A DNA stretch of 64,000 bases from a virus (lineage: Duplodnaviria; Caudoviricetes), in the IMG/VR virus record IMGVR_UViG_3300027804_002812, positions 128,001 to 192,000 of that record; one strand, 5' to 3'. The position numbers and the translations under genes were made by a program. The notes below the pieces were generated by a model. That model did not search any database. It had not been told where the DNA came from and worked only from the letters and a program-made list of their open reading frames with translations. This document shows, one piece after another, positions 30,359 through 39,397 of the stretch (positions are counted from its first letter, which is position 1; each line of letters opens with the position of its first letter).

Positions 30359-31402
30359 TTAGATTTCATCCAAACTAAATAATGAAGGTTGGTATAATAA
30401 ATTGTAAAAATTTTGTTCACTTAAAGATACTGTCTTTTGTTTTAATCCTTTCGACAATGTCACTATTATTTTCATTTCAGGAAACTTAAATCCTTCAATT
30501 TTGAACCTTATTTCTTTTTTGGGGTCTTTTGGTAAAAAGTAATATTCTTCTTGTCTAAATTTTTTCAAAATTCTCGAAGTCATATCAGTGAAATCTTTGA
30601 AACTAACTCCCTCTTCTTCTCCCTCTTCTTGAATCGTATCCAAAATTTCAGTAAAAATTGTGTTTGCGACTCTGTTGAAGCCTAAAGAGTCAAACTCATT
30701 GGGGTCTTCATAAGCATAATAATCTTCTTCCCAACCGCCTGGTGCTTCTTTTCTACTAAAAATCCTTTCTAATAATTCTTTCAAAGAAATATGGAGTTCA
30801 CCTTCTTCAATATACAACGCTATCAAGTCTGCTACCGTAATTCTGAAACCTTCACTATATGCGTCAATACCCAACTCAGCAAAATACTCATCCATTTCTT
30901 TATTTATCTCTCTTGCAAGTGATGTCTTGAATGCATGATTTTTTTCGTCTACGTAATCTTCAATAACGTATTTTATTTTTTTTCCGAAATTTTCCATTAA
31001 TTTTTCAGATAACTCCTTTCTGTATTCGTCATCTTCAAAGTTGACTTTCATAGGAAGTATGGCGTTGGAAATTTCAGACAATAGCTCCTTATTTTCTTCG
31101 TCCAAAGTGTAGTAAAACCCATACCCCACCATAAAATCTTCTACTGCGGAATAGTGATCCAAAAATTCATACTCAGAATAAGGTGCATTCACCATTTGAT
31201 AAAACCAAACATCATCATCCCGCATTCCCAACATTTCTAAAAAATCTTGTTGATTGCGAAATTCAACATCAATAACACTCTGACCAGGCGTACTTCTGTC
31301 TTCTCTCATGTACGAGAATAGCTTATCAGAGGCTAAAAGTTCATCTTTGGTTATTTTGTGTTTAGCGTAATTTCTTAATGACCTGAAAGTTTCATAATTC
31401 AT
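30359..31402 (-). CDS. acidic hypothetical protein
   Basis: ORF with start moved to MNYETF; TATTTAT directly upstream. Confidence 0.7.
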   Translation of the reverse strand: MNYETFRSLRNYAKHKITKDELLASDKLFSYMREDRSTPGQSVIDVEFRNQQDFLEMLGMRDDDVWFYQMVNAPYSEYEFLDHYSAVEDFMVGYGFYYTLDEENKELLSEISNAILPMKVNFEDDEYRKELSEKLMENFGKKIKYVIEDYVDEKNHAFKTSLAREINKEMDEYFAELGIDAYSEGFRITVADLIALYIEEGELHISLKELLERIFSRKEAPGGWEEDYYAYEDPNEFDSLGFNRVANTIFTEILDTIQEEGEEEGVSFKDFTDMTSRILKKFRQEEYYFLPKDPKKEIRFKIEGFKFPEMKIIVTLSKGLKQKTVSLSEQNFYNLLYQPSLFSLDEI

Positions 31403-31438
31403 ACTACAAATAAATATCAATTTAGTTGGATTCGGAAA

Positions 31439-31456
31439 TATTTATACTTACATTTG
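31439..31456 (+). promoter_or_regulatory. stacked TATTTATA motif and -7 box upstream of the tmRNA
   Basis: TATTTATA 31439-31446, TACATTTG 31449-31456. Confidence 0.65.
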
Positions 31457-31465
31457 TACAACAAT

Positions 31466-31882
31466 GGGGGTGAAATAGAATTGATTAACGTTTGTATAAT
31501 CAATGGGCACGTAGTCAGAATTCATCTATGACTTGAATCTACGGTGAAGAAAGTAAACGGCAATACTCTTGCTAAGATGTCTGCTTTAGGTTTAACTAGA
31601 GAAGCATCTGTTGTAACTGCTTAAGAAGTAGATACAACGTCAGGTCGAATGGGCATATAACCTAGGAACAGAAGCCCTCCAAGGTGTGATACCACCCGAA
31701 GCGTATCAAAAGGTCACGTTCAGAGGACTACCTTAGTAAAAGTGAACTCGACACAGTTGTTGGTAACGATGTCAAAATAGGAACCATCTATTTCGGAAGG
31801 TATCACAAACCTTGGCCTAAACGTGTAGTCCATTTTTGATATGGCGGGTAAGACTGGGAGGCGGTATCCCACACCTCCACCA
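31466..31882 (+). ncRNA. ssrA: tmRNA
   Basis: GGGGGTG/CACCTCC acceptor stem with G3:U70, 3' ACCA, T-arm TGGGA-GGCGGTA-TCCCA, pk1-like GTCA/TGAC, TAAAC-GGC resume site, tag ORF 31559-31624. Confidence 0.9.
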
Positions 31883-31888
31883 TTAAAT

Positions 31889-31920
31889 AAAAAAGGGAGT
31901 CATTGACTCCCTTTTTTTTT
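31889..31920. terminator. bidirectional terminator between the tmRNA and the lipoprotein gene
   Basis: gggagtca/tgactccc stem with A and T runs. Confidence 0.85.
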
Positions 31921-33115
31921 AGTTTCCTTTTGACGGAAATCTTGTCCATCCATTGACCCATATAGGTTTGTCTAATTCCGGTATTACCACGTCAACTTCT
32001 TTATTACTTTTTGATAATGCCAATGTTTTAAGTTGTTCACTTGTTAGAATTGTTGTCGCTCTACTAATGAAATTCAGAGTTGGATTGAATGTTCCAACAG
32101 AATTGTTTTCAAAGACAGATACACCATCTTTTACGAACTGTGCGGTTTCATTACTTTCCAAACTTAAGCCACCTTTCATCCATCCCCAAACTACGCTATT
32201 CTTCATTGTGAATTGGGTAGCTCTTCTAAATCTCAATCCTAAGTTGTGGTTAGCCAATGCTGAAGATGTATTTGGTCCAACCAAAATCATATTGAAAAGT
32301 TTTGGGTGTGTGTAAGGTTGTGCTGCGGATCCTGTTCCATCATTATCACATTCCACACCATTTCCAGCGTCACCACTATCGACAAATTGAGGGTCTCTTT
32401 TTGCCACTCCGTTTGTAATCATCCCTGTATAACCAAAGTCAAAGTCGAAATCATCATCTGCGGTTGCAAATGCGTAAAGATTTTTACCATTTACGGTTCC
32501 ACCAAAGAATTCGAATGCGTCATCGTTAGCATATATTGTTTGAATGTTTTCAAGAATTGTTCCGTTTCCTACACCACCTAAAGTAAGTGCGTTGATTTCA
32601 GAATTCGGCATCGCTGCGATTCCTGCATATTCAATTCTAACGAATCTCAATACACCACTATTATCAGAATCATTTGTTCCACCATAAGGTCTTCCAATAC
32701 CACCTTCGATTGTAGGTTCAGAAGAACGGTTTGTCTTCGCTCTACCTAAAATTACTATACCACCCCAATCACCAGGAGATCGTTGTCCCTCAGGTCTCCC
32801 AGACGTAAATACAATAGGTTTGGATTGGGTTCCTTCCGCAATAATTTGGGAACCTCTTTCAATACATAACGCTCCCTTCTCGGCAACATCAGAAACTATG
32901 GTAGTTCCAGGTTGGATAATAAGTTTTGCTCCATCGGTTACATAAACATATCCTTTAAGTGTCCAAACTTTGTCAGATGTCAAAGTTGTTGTCGTGTTTA
33001 TGTTTCCTGTAAGTGTTGTGGTAGCTGGGACATTCACTGGTCCTTCTCCTCCACCTAAATCTCTATCACAGCTGAAGAGACCTAATGCAATCATAATTGT
33101 TAATAGTTTTTTCAT
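31919..33115 (-). CDS. Bacteroidota-type lipoprotein (beta-helix-like), partner of the TonB receptor
   Basis: lipobox LFSC; GDWGGIVILG, YVRIEY-like and DDAFEFFGG motifs; 4-bp overlap with the receptor gene. Confidence 0.75.
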   Translation of the reverse strand: MKKLLTIMIALGLFSCDRDLGGGEGPVNVPATTTLTGNINTTTTLTSDKVWTLKGYVYVTDGAKLIIQPGTTIVSDVAEKGALCIERGSQIIAEGTQSKPIVFTSGRPEGQRSPGDWGGIVILGRAKTNRSSEPTIEGGIGRPYGGTNDSDNSGVLRFVRIEYAGIAAMPNSEINALTLGGVGNGTILENIQTIYANDDAFEFFGGTVNGKNLYAFATADDDFDFDFGYTGMITNGVAKRDPQFVDSGDAGNGVECDNDGTGSAAQPYTHPKLFNMILVGPNTSSALANHNLGLRFRRATQFTMKNSVVWGWMKGGLSLESNETAQFVKDGVSVFENNSVGTFNPTLNFISRATTILTSEQLKTLALSKSNKEVDVVIPELDKPIWVNGWTRFPSKGN

Positions 33116-35598
33116 AAATTTAGATTTAAGGTTAATGAAACTATTGTTTCGTTATTTGTGTTTATTAAATTACGGTTTGAAATTCTTTGATAGTTTATTG
33201 ATGGTTGTGCAAAAATGTCTGATATTGCCAATTTCAATTCTCCCTTTGGAAGTTTGTGTAAGAAAGTAATATCCAAAACATCTCTACTATTTTCGAATAT
33301 GTCAGGATAACCCTGAAATCCGACAGCGGAAATCCTTTCTCCAATTCTATTGTAGGTTAGATTAAGTGTATTATTTTTCTTGTTGATGTTTACACCTGAA
33401 TTAACAACATAGTTTGATTGTCCTTGTAATTGTCTTTTTACACCATTTACATCAACCTCAGAATTCATAACTGAAGCGTTTGTGTAAAAATCAAACCATC
33501 CATTTATTCTTTTTCTAACTTCCATTTCAACACCATATACAAGAGCGGATTCAGGATTTGAATAAGTTAAAAGTAAGTTGGATGGGACTGACCCATCGGC
33601 AACAACTTGTTCGATTGGGTTTACGAAATTCTTACCAAAAAATGAGAGAGAAATATTTTCTGTGTTTGAAGGATATAATTCGTATTTCAAATCAACATTG
33701 TATATGTCGGTTTTTTTCAAGTTGGAGTTTCCTAATATTTGTGCGTTTCTAACAAAGTCATAATATGCGAAGTTCGCAACTTCTCTGAACTCTGGTCTTG
33801 CCAAGGTCTTACTCAAAGAGAATCTATATTTTGTCTTCTCCAAGTTATAAGAAAGGTTCAATGATGGAAGAATATCCAAATATGTTCTATCCACATTCAC
33901 CTTTTGACCACTGAAATCTGCGGTCTCCACATCAAACAAGTTGTATTCACCTCTTACACCTGTATTGATTTTCCATTTTCCGATTTCGTTCTCATACATC
34001 GTATAAAGATTACCCAAATCAAAGTCAGCGGTATATCTGTCTGTATTGTTGGTTATTTCATCCAATAAATCCGTTGTTTGATATCTGAAAACTCTTGCAT
34101 TAAATCCTCGAATCTTTTTCAGATAACCTCCACCAACTTCAAATTTACCCAAATCTTTTTTCAAGTTTCCGTTGAATGAATTTTCATCCATAACGCTCCA
34201 AAATCTGTAGGTGTCTCTCCATGCCGTTGCAAATGGTTCATTCACACCTAATGATTTGGTGATTGGGTTAATTCTATAATCAGGTTGTTCTCTGAAGATA
34301 TAGTTATATCCGAAATTGAAATCAAAAGTTTCAATATTACCATCAACCTGTGAGTTGATTACCACGTTATTGATATGGTTTGACGCATTACTCAACACAT
34401 CTTGTACGTTGTCAAAGTTTTGTCCTTCTCTTGTTAGGTATGAACTTTCCTTTTGGAAGTTTGCCAATGTTTTCCAACTATATTTGTTTTTACCCAAATA
34501 AGTTAAGTTTAATAATCCATTTGTGGAGAATCTCTGGGTGTATAATCTATCGTTATAGTCATATGCCAATTCAGTGGAAGATTGATAATCCTTTCTCTCA
34601 ATGTTGTTGAGAGTATATGAGTTTCTAATTGTTGAACTGAATAATGAATTGAATTTGTTTTTCACATAACCAAATGAAACTCCTCCATTTAAGTTTGGTA
34701 TGGATTGAAACCCATTTTCAGTTGGGTTTCCTATTTGTTTGGTGAATAGTCGTTTGTCTCCATTACCACTTATTCTGTATTTGTAAGTGGAAGGAAAGGT
34801 TGACGGAAATGGGATCGATTCCACCAGTTTGAAGCCTTGGAAAGTCGAGACAGATCCGATTCCCGTCCCCAAGCTTACGTCCAAAAAATTGTCGGACACC
34901 TCCTTTGTCGATACTTGAACCAATCCTCCACTCCAATCACCAGGTTGGTTTGCCGAAAATGATTTGGAGACCATAATATTATCAATCAAAGAAGTTGGGA
35001 TAATATCAAATGAGAATGCCCGTCTATCAGGCTCTGTGGATGGTAAAGGTGTCTGATTTAATAATGCCGAATTATATCTATCGGCAAGTCCTCGAACCAA
35101 AACAAATTTGTCATTCTGAATTGTGACACCACTTACTCGTTTCAATGCGTCACCCAAATTTCTATCGGGGGTCTTCTTTATGAATTCTATTGATAATCCA
35201 TCGGATACGACAATATTATTTCGTATAGATTTCATAACCGATATATCTGTGACTTTTTGAGCAGTTCCTCTCACAAGTACCTCATTTAACTCTGTATCAG
35301 TTTGTTCGAAAAGGATATCAAAGATTGTAACCGTGGTTACAGTAATAGTGGTTACGAAATCTTTATATCCGATGTATGTTCCTTTTACTTCATAAGTTCC
35401 TTCTTTCAAAGTTATACTGTACTTGGCGTTTTCATCAGAAATTGTTGTGAACTTATTACCATCAGTATCTTGAAATGTTACGTGTGCAAAGTAAATGTCT
35501 TCAGTTTTTGATTTTGTTGTCCCATTGATGGTTATTTCCTTTTGTTGTGAAAACAAGGTCAATGGAAATAGGAGTAAAAAAATTAGTGTCCTAATCAT
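33112..35598 (-). CDS. TonB-dependent outer-membrane receptor
   Basis: signal peptide, N-terminal CarboxypepD-like domain, plug DALKRVSGVT...VRGLADRYN, C-terminal beta-strand LTLNLNL. Confidence 0.9.
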   Translation of the reverse strand: MIRTLIFLLLFPLTLFSQQKEITINGTTKSKTEDIYFAHVTFQDTDGNKFTTISDENAKYSITLKEGTYEVKGTYIGYKDFVTTITVTTVTIFDILFEQTDTELNEVLVRGTAQKVTDISVMKSIRNNIVVSDGLSIEFIKKTPDRNLGDALKRVSGVTIQNDKFVLVRGLADRYNSALLNQTPLPSTEPDRRAFSFDIIPTSLIDNIMVSKSFSANQPGDWSGGLVQVSTKEVSDNFLDVSLGTGIGSVSTFQGFKLVESIPFPSTFPSTYKYRISGNGDKRLFTKQIGNPTENGFQSIPNLNGGVSFGYVKNKFNSLFSSTIRNSYTLNNIERKDYQSSTELAYDYNDRLYTQRFSTNGLLNLTYLGKNKYSWKTLANFQKESSYLTREGQNFDNVQDVLSNASNHINNVVINSQVDGNIETFDFNFGYNYIFREQPDYRINPITKSLGVNEPFATAWRDTYRFWSVMDENSFNGNLKKDLGKFEVGGGYLKKIRGFNARVFRYQTTDLLDEITNNTDRYTADFDLGNLYTMYENEIGKWKINTGVRGEYNLFDVETADFSGQKVNVDRTYLDILPSLNLSYNLEKTKYRFSLSKTLARPEFREVANFAYYDFVRNAQILGNSNLKKTDIYNVDLKYELYPSNTENISLSFFGKNFVNPIEQVVADGSVPSNLLLTYSNPESALVYGVEMEVRKRINGWFDFYTNASVMNSEVDVNGVKRQLQGQSNYVVNSGVNINKKNNTLNLTYNRIGERISAVGFQGYPDIFENSRDVLDITFLHKLPKGELKLAISDIFAQPSINYQRISNRNLINTNNETIVSLTLNLNL

Positions 35599-35738
35599 AT
35601 ATAATTTTTATCAACAATAATTAGGATGACCATTCCGTTAATACCCAAAATGAATATTATTAAACGGCTAAGTTGTTGTTAACAAAAAATTCTTGGACTT
35701 CATGCTGTTATCAGGGAATTTTTATTTATATTTACAAA

Positions 35739-36086
35739 ATGGATATAGCCAAAATATTACTCGCCACCCTGTTTATGACTTTAGGACAAATTGGGTCTTT
35801 TATGCAACTTCAAGGTTCAATCAAATATGGTTGGTCAGAAAAATACCTTTGGTTACTCTTACTATCAGGAATCCCTATCAGTTACCTCTACATTAAATCT
35901 GTCAATCTTTACGTACAAGGATTTGGGGGTCAAATTTGGCCTAGCAGATTGGTTGGGTTTGCATTGGGAGTTGTAATATTCACAATATTGTCTTCAGTTC
36001 TTTTTCAAGAACACTTAAACCTCAAAACGGTCATAAGTTTAATTCTTGCGTTCACAATTGTTGGAATTCAAATATTTTGGAAATGA
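35739..36086 (+). CDS. 4-TM membrane protein (DMT-like)
   Basis: hydrophobic helices; start moved to MDIAK. Confidence 0.65.
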   Translation: MDIAKILLATLFMTLGQIGSFMQLQGSIKYGWSEKYLWLLLLSGIPISYLYIKSVNLYVQGFGGQIWPSRLVGFALGVVIFTILSSVLFQEHLNLKTVISLILAFTIVGIQIFWK

Positions 36087-36685
36087 AAGTTATATTTTTA
36101 GATAACGATGGAGTTATCTGTTTAAGTAATAACTGGGGGTCTCGCCTCAAAAAGCAAAAAAAACTGGGTAACAAACCGGTATTTAATCATGAATTACCAG
36201 TTGAATATCGCTTTGATAACTTTGATATCAAAGCAGTCAAGGTGTTGAATAAAATCTTGGAACAAACAGGCGCCGAAATTGTAGTAAGTTCTGATTGGAG
36301 ATTGTACGCATCATTAGAGGAATTAGGAGAATACTACACATCTAAAGGTATCATCAAAAAACCAATCGGATTCACCGAAGTGTTTCATTACACAGATTGG
36401 TTAAATGAAGGTCGTGTTCCGTCTGATTTTGATTGGAATAGGACCGATGGTCGAGAACAAGAAAGACACTTTGAGATTAAAGATTGGTTGAAATCACACC
36501 CCGAAGTTACACATTGGGTGGCCATTGATGACCTTCACATGGGCATCCACGTTGAAGCGAGTAGTTACGGTTCATACGACAGAGATTGGGGATTGGAAAA
36601 CTTTGTATGGACACCTCAAAGTGATGAAGGTATTAAACAAAGTGGGATAAAAGATAAAATAATAAAATACTTATCAAATGATTGA
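36077..36685 (+). CDS. HAD-family phosphatase (Swiss-army-knife RNA-repair type)
   Basis: IFLDNDGV, IVVSSDWR, VAIDD. Confidence 0.8.
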   Translation: MEMKVIFLDNDGVICLSNNWGSRLKKQKKLGNKPVFNHELPVEYRFDNFDIKAVKVLNKILEQTGAEIVVSSDWRLYASLEELGEYYTSKGIIKKPIGFTEVFHYTDWLNEGRVPSDFDWNRTDGREQERHFEIKDWLKSHPEVTHWVAIDDLHMGIHVEASSYGSYDRDWGLENFVWTPQSDEGIKQSGIKDKIIKYLSND

Positions 36686-36869
36686 TTTACAAAAAATATT
36701 AGAAGAAGAAGGTGAAGTTCGTAAATTCGGTGGAGTAGCTCCCGAAGGTTTTGTTTTAGTCCATGAAAAAACTCTTGAATCTTTGAAAGATTTCAACACA
36801 TGGAAAATGTGGAAACATAATGAAATTACCATAAAAGAATTAAACAAAAATAACTTTACTAATAGTTAA
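36678..36869 (+). CDS. hypothetical protein
   Basis: 63-aa ORF overlapping the upstream gene. Confidence 0.65.
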   Translation: MIDLQKILEEEGEVRKFGGVAPEGFVLVHEKTLESLKDFNTWKMWKHNEITIKELNKNNFTNS

Positions 36870-36875
36870 AAATAT

Positions 36876-37211
36876 ATGATAGATTTTATTAAAATTTCCC
36901 CAAAAAGACATTTGTTAAAAACAATAAGCTATAGAGTCTTAAGTAGTGTTATTGGTTTTTTGGTGATGTGGCTTTTTTTCGGAATAATGGTTGGGATTTC
37001 ATTCAGTTTATTTGAACTACTTTGGAAACCATTACAATATTATTTCCACGAAAGAATATGGTACCGATACATAAAGTACGGTGTCACAAAAGTTGAAGAT
37101 CCAATTAAACCTGATTTACGTATTATGGACTCCATGTCAACTGTAGGAGTTTCAAATACTGTAACAACCACAGGACCGAAAAGATTAGTTTATACAAAGA
37201 AGACCGAATAA
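36876..37211 (+). CDS. DUF2061-like membrane protein
   Basis: RHLLKTISYRV...YYFHERIW. Confidence 0.7.
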   Translation: MIDFIKISPKRHLLKTISYRVLSSVIGFLVMWLFFGIMVGISFSLFELLWKPLQYYFHERIWYRYIKYGVTKVEDPIKPDLRIMDSMSTVGVSNTVTTTGPKRLVYTKKTE

Positions 37212-37246
37212 CTCGGTCTTTTTTTTTGTCCTGATATTTATTTAGT

Positions 37247-37954
37247 ATGAGTATCGAAAAAAACATATCAAGATTATTTGAAGAAATTGAAAAATCGGAA
37301 AAACTTATATCGGAATCTATCATTCTAAGTGAGTCATCTACATTCTCACCTCCTTTGAATAAACTTCGAGTATCCTCCCCTTTTGGACCAAGATGGGGAA
37401 GTCATCACGATGGGGTTGATTTAGATGCCGTTGATGAGCCTGTTAAATCTCTTGCAGATGGGGTTGTAATTGCGACTCATGCCGACAAATACCCTTGTGG
37501 AGGTACTATAATGATTAAACATTCAGATGGTTATACCACAGGTTTTTGTCATATGCAAAAAATAAACGTGAAAGTAGGACAAGAAGTTAAAAAAGGAGAT
37601 GTAATCGGAATTAGTGGGGGTGGAGAAGGTGATCCAGGTAAAGGTAGAAGTACCGGAAAACACTTACACTTATCGATAAGAAAAGACGGAAAACCATTGG
37701 ATCCGATGGATTATATAGATAAAGAGGGAGTATTAGTTGGTACAGTACCTTTATCACCAACATCAGGTACAGACATTGCAACCATTCCAACTTCAAGTTC
37801 GGATAGTCAAGGTACCGTACCGGAATTCGGAATTGCTGACTTTGATTTCTTAACGGGAAATGTAAAAGGGAATATTGCAGATTTTGATTTTATTAAAGGA
37901 ATCAAAGAACGAAAAATCACAGAAAATATAAAAAGGATAAAAAAATTGTTATAA
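37247..37954 (+). CDS. M23 family peptidase
   Basis: HDGVD, FCHM, STGKHLHL. Confidence 0.88.
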   Translation: MSIEKNISRLFEEIEKSEKLISESIILSESSTFSPPLNKLRVSSPFGPRWGSHHDGVDLDAVDEPVKSLADGVVIATHADKYPCGGTIMIKHSDGYTTGFCHMQKINVKVGQEVKKGDVIGISGGGEGDPGKGRSTGKHLHLSIRKDGKPLDPMDYIDKEGVLVGTVPLSPTSGTDIATIPTSSSDSQGTVPEFGIADFDFLTGNVKGNIADFDFIKGIKERKITENIKRIKKLL

Positions 37955-37985
37955 AAAAACCCACCATAAGGTGGGTCTTTTTTTT
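37953..37985. terminator. bidirectional terminator
   Basis: acccacc/ggtgggt stem with A and T runs. Confidence 0.8.
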
Positions 37986-37999
37986 GGGTTAGGTTGAGA

Positions 38000-38185
38000 T
38001 TACTTTACCTCTACGGCTTCAACTTCTTCAACTGCTACTGTGTCAGCAACTTCTACCGCTACTGAATCTACCGCTACTGAATCAACTGCAACTGAATCAG
38101 TTGCAACAGTTTCAACTGCTTTACCTCCACAAGATGCAAGAATCATGGTAGAAAGGATTGCGAATACTACTAAACTTTTTTTCAT
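38000..38185 (-). CDS. small lipoprotein with D(S/T)V repeats
   Basis: lipobox LASC; TDSVAVDSVAVDSVAVEVADTV. Confidence 0.8.
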   Translation of the reverse strand: MKKSLVVFAILSTMILASCGGKAVETVATDSVAVDSVAVDSVAVEVADTVAVEEVEAVEVK

Positions 38186-38227
38186 TTTTTTTGTGTTTTT
38201 GTTTTTTAATTTAATTTACGAACTATA

Positions 38228-38256
38228 AATATACGAAAGTTTCTCGAGGTCGTCAA
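38228..38256 (-). promoter_or_regulatory. sigma70-type promoter overlapping a TATTTAT motif
   Basis: TTGACG-N17-TATATT on the minus strand. Confidence 0.45.
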
Positions 38257-38282
38257 ATATTTTAGATTTTTTTGCAGAATAT

Positions 38283-38621
38283 TTAATTCATAATCTGTAA
38301 AAAAATATAAGAAAGTTTGTATCCCGTAAATGCCCCAAGAGCAGACGGTATTGGAAATACAATCAATTTCCCCAAATCTGTCACATATTTAGGTCTATTA
38401 ACAATTTTACCCATAAAGAAATAATAAGTCAAATAACCTATTAAAACCGCCAAATCAGTTTCAGTTGCAATGAAGACAACTAAAGTTGCCGCAATGAATC
38501 CAAAGATAAAATTATCTCGAACACCCTCCCAAATTTCATAAGAACTTGCGTCCTTATATTCTTTTACAATTTTATTGAATTTAGCCTTGTTGCCAATTCT
38601 TTTTTTCACTTGAATTTCCAT
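38283..38621 (-). CDS. membrane protein
   Basis: 112 aa, about 3 hydrophobic segments. Confidence 0.7.
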   Translation of the reverse strand: MEIQVKKRIGNKAKFNKIVKEYKDASSYEIWEGVRDNFIFGFIAATLVVFIATETDLAVLIGYLTYYFFMGKIVNRPKYVTDLGKLIVFPIPSALGAFTGYKLSYIFLQIMN

Positions 38622-38622
38622 G

Positions 38623-38696
38623 TTGGAATAGGTGGACTCGAACCACCAACCTTTCGCGTATCAGACGAATGCTCTAACCAATTGAGCTATATTCCA
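38623..38696 (-). tRNA. tRNA-Ile(GAT)
   Basis: cloverleaf; loop CT-GAT-AC. Confidence 0.9.
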
Positions 38697-38701
38697 TTAT
38701 G

Positions 38702-38852
38702 CTGTAAGAGATGGATTCGAACCACCACGAGGAGATTCAACAAATAACATATCGCCGGCCGGCTGGTGGTCTACCCCCTCATATTATTTGTCTATTTCTA
38801 ATTCCCCACCCCCGAGACAGGAGGGCTTGTCTGCCAATTTCAACACCTTACA
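38702..38852 (-). tRNA. tRNA-Asp(GTC)-like RNA with about 82-nt variable arm
   Basis: TGTAAGG/TCTTACA acceptor, G73, CCCTC-CTGTCTC-GGGGG anticodon arm, GGTGG-TTCGAAT-CCATC T-arm. Confidence 0.65.
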
Positions 38853-38857
38853 AAAAG

Positions 38858-38942
38858 CAGAGAGTATTGGATTCGAACCAATGCATCCCTTTCGAGATGA
38901 CAGATTAGCAATCTGCTCCTTTAACCACTCAGGCAACTCTCT
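38858..38942 (-). tRNA. tRNA-Ser(GCT)
   Basis: type II cloverleaf; loop TT-GCT-AA; G73. Confidence 0.9.
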
Positions 38943-38946
38943 ATTG

Positions 38947-39017
38947 TTATCCTACAAGGATTCGAACCTCGAACGACTGAACCAAAATCAGTAGTGTTAC
39001 CGTTACACCATAGGATA
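38947..39017 (-). tRNA. tRNA-Gln(TTG)
   Basis: ACTGA-TTTTGGT-TCAGT. Confidence 0.9.
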
Positions 39018-39098
39018 GTTTAGACAGACCTTAGGAGACGTATTATTCTCTTCATTATCCTTGTACTTTAACACCGTGGGAAGCGTGTGTCTGTCTTG

Positions 39099-39180
39099 TG
39101 GGAACGATAGGACTCGAACCTATGAACTCCGAAGAGAGGAGATTTACAGTCTCCGGCAATTGCCGCTATGCGACGTTCCC
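39099..39180 (-). tRNA. tRNA-Tyr(GTA)
   Basis: GGAGA-CTGTAAA-TCTCC; long variable arm. Confidence 0.9.
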
Positions 39181-39313
39181 AAAATAAGGAAAGGAGAAGA
39201 TGGTTCCGTGGACATCTCCTTTTACGATTGGCGTTACTACGATGATTCCAAACTCCAAATGTACCACCTCCATCATCAGGTTAACATACATTCCTTCCCC
39301 AATCAACCTTTAG

Positions 39314-39386
39314 CACAGGAGGAGAGAATCGAACTCCCGACAACTGGTTTTGGAGACCAGTGCTCTTCCATCTGAGCTACTCCTGT
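39314..39386 (-). tRNA. tRNA-Trp(CCA)
   Basis: CTGGT-CTCCAAA-ACCAG. Confidence 0.9.
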
Positions 39387-39397
39387 ATTCAACAAAG

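Noticed and set aside
38711-39375. + strand ORFs across the tRNA cluster
   Set aside because: Spurious; antisense to tRNA genes
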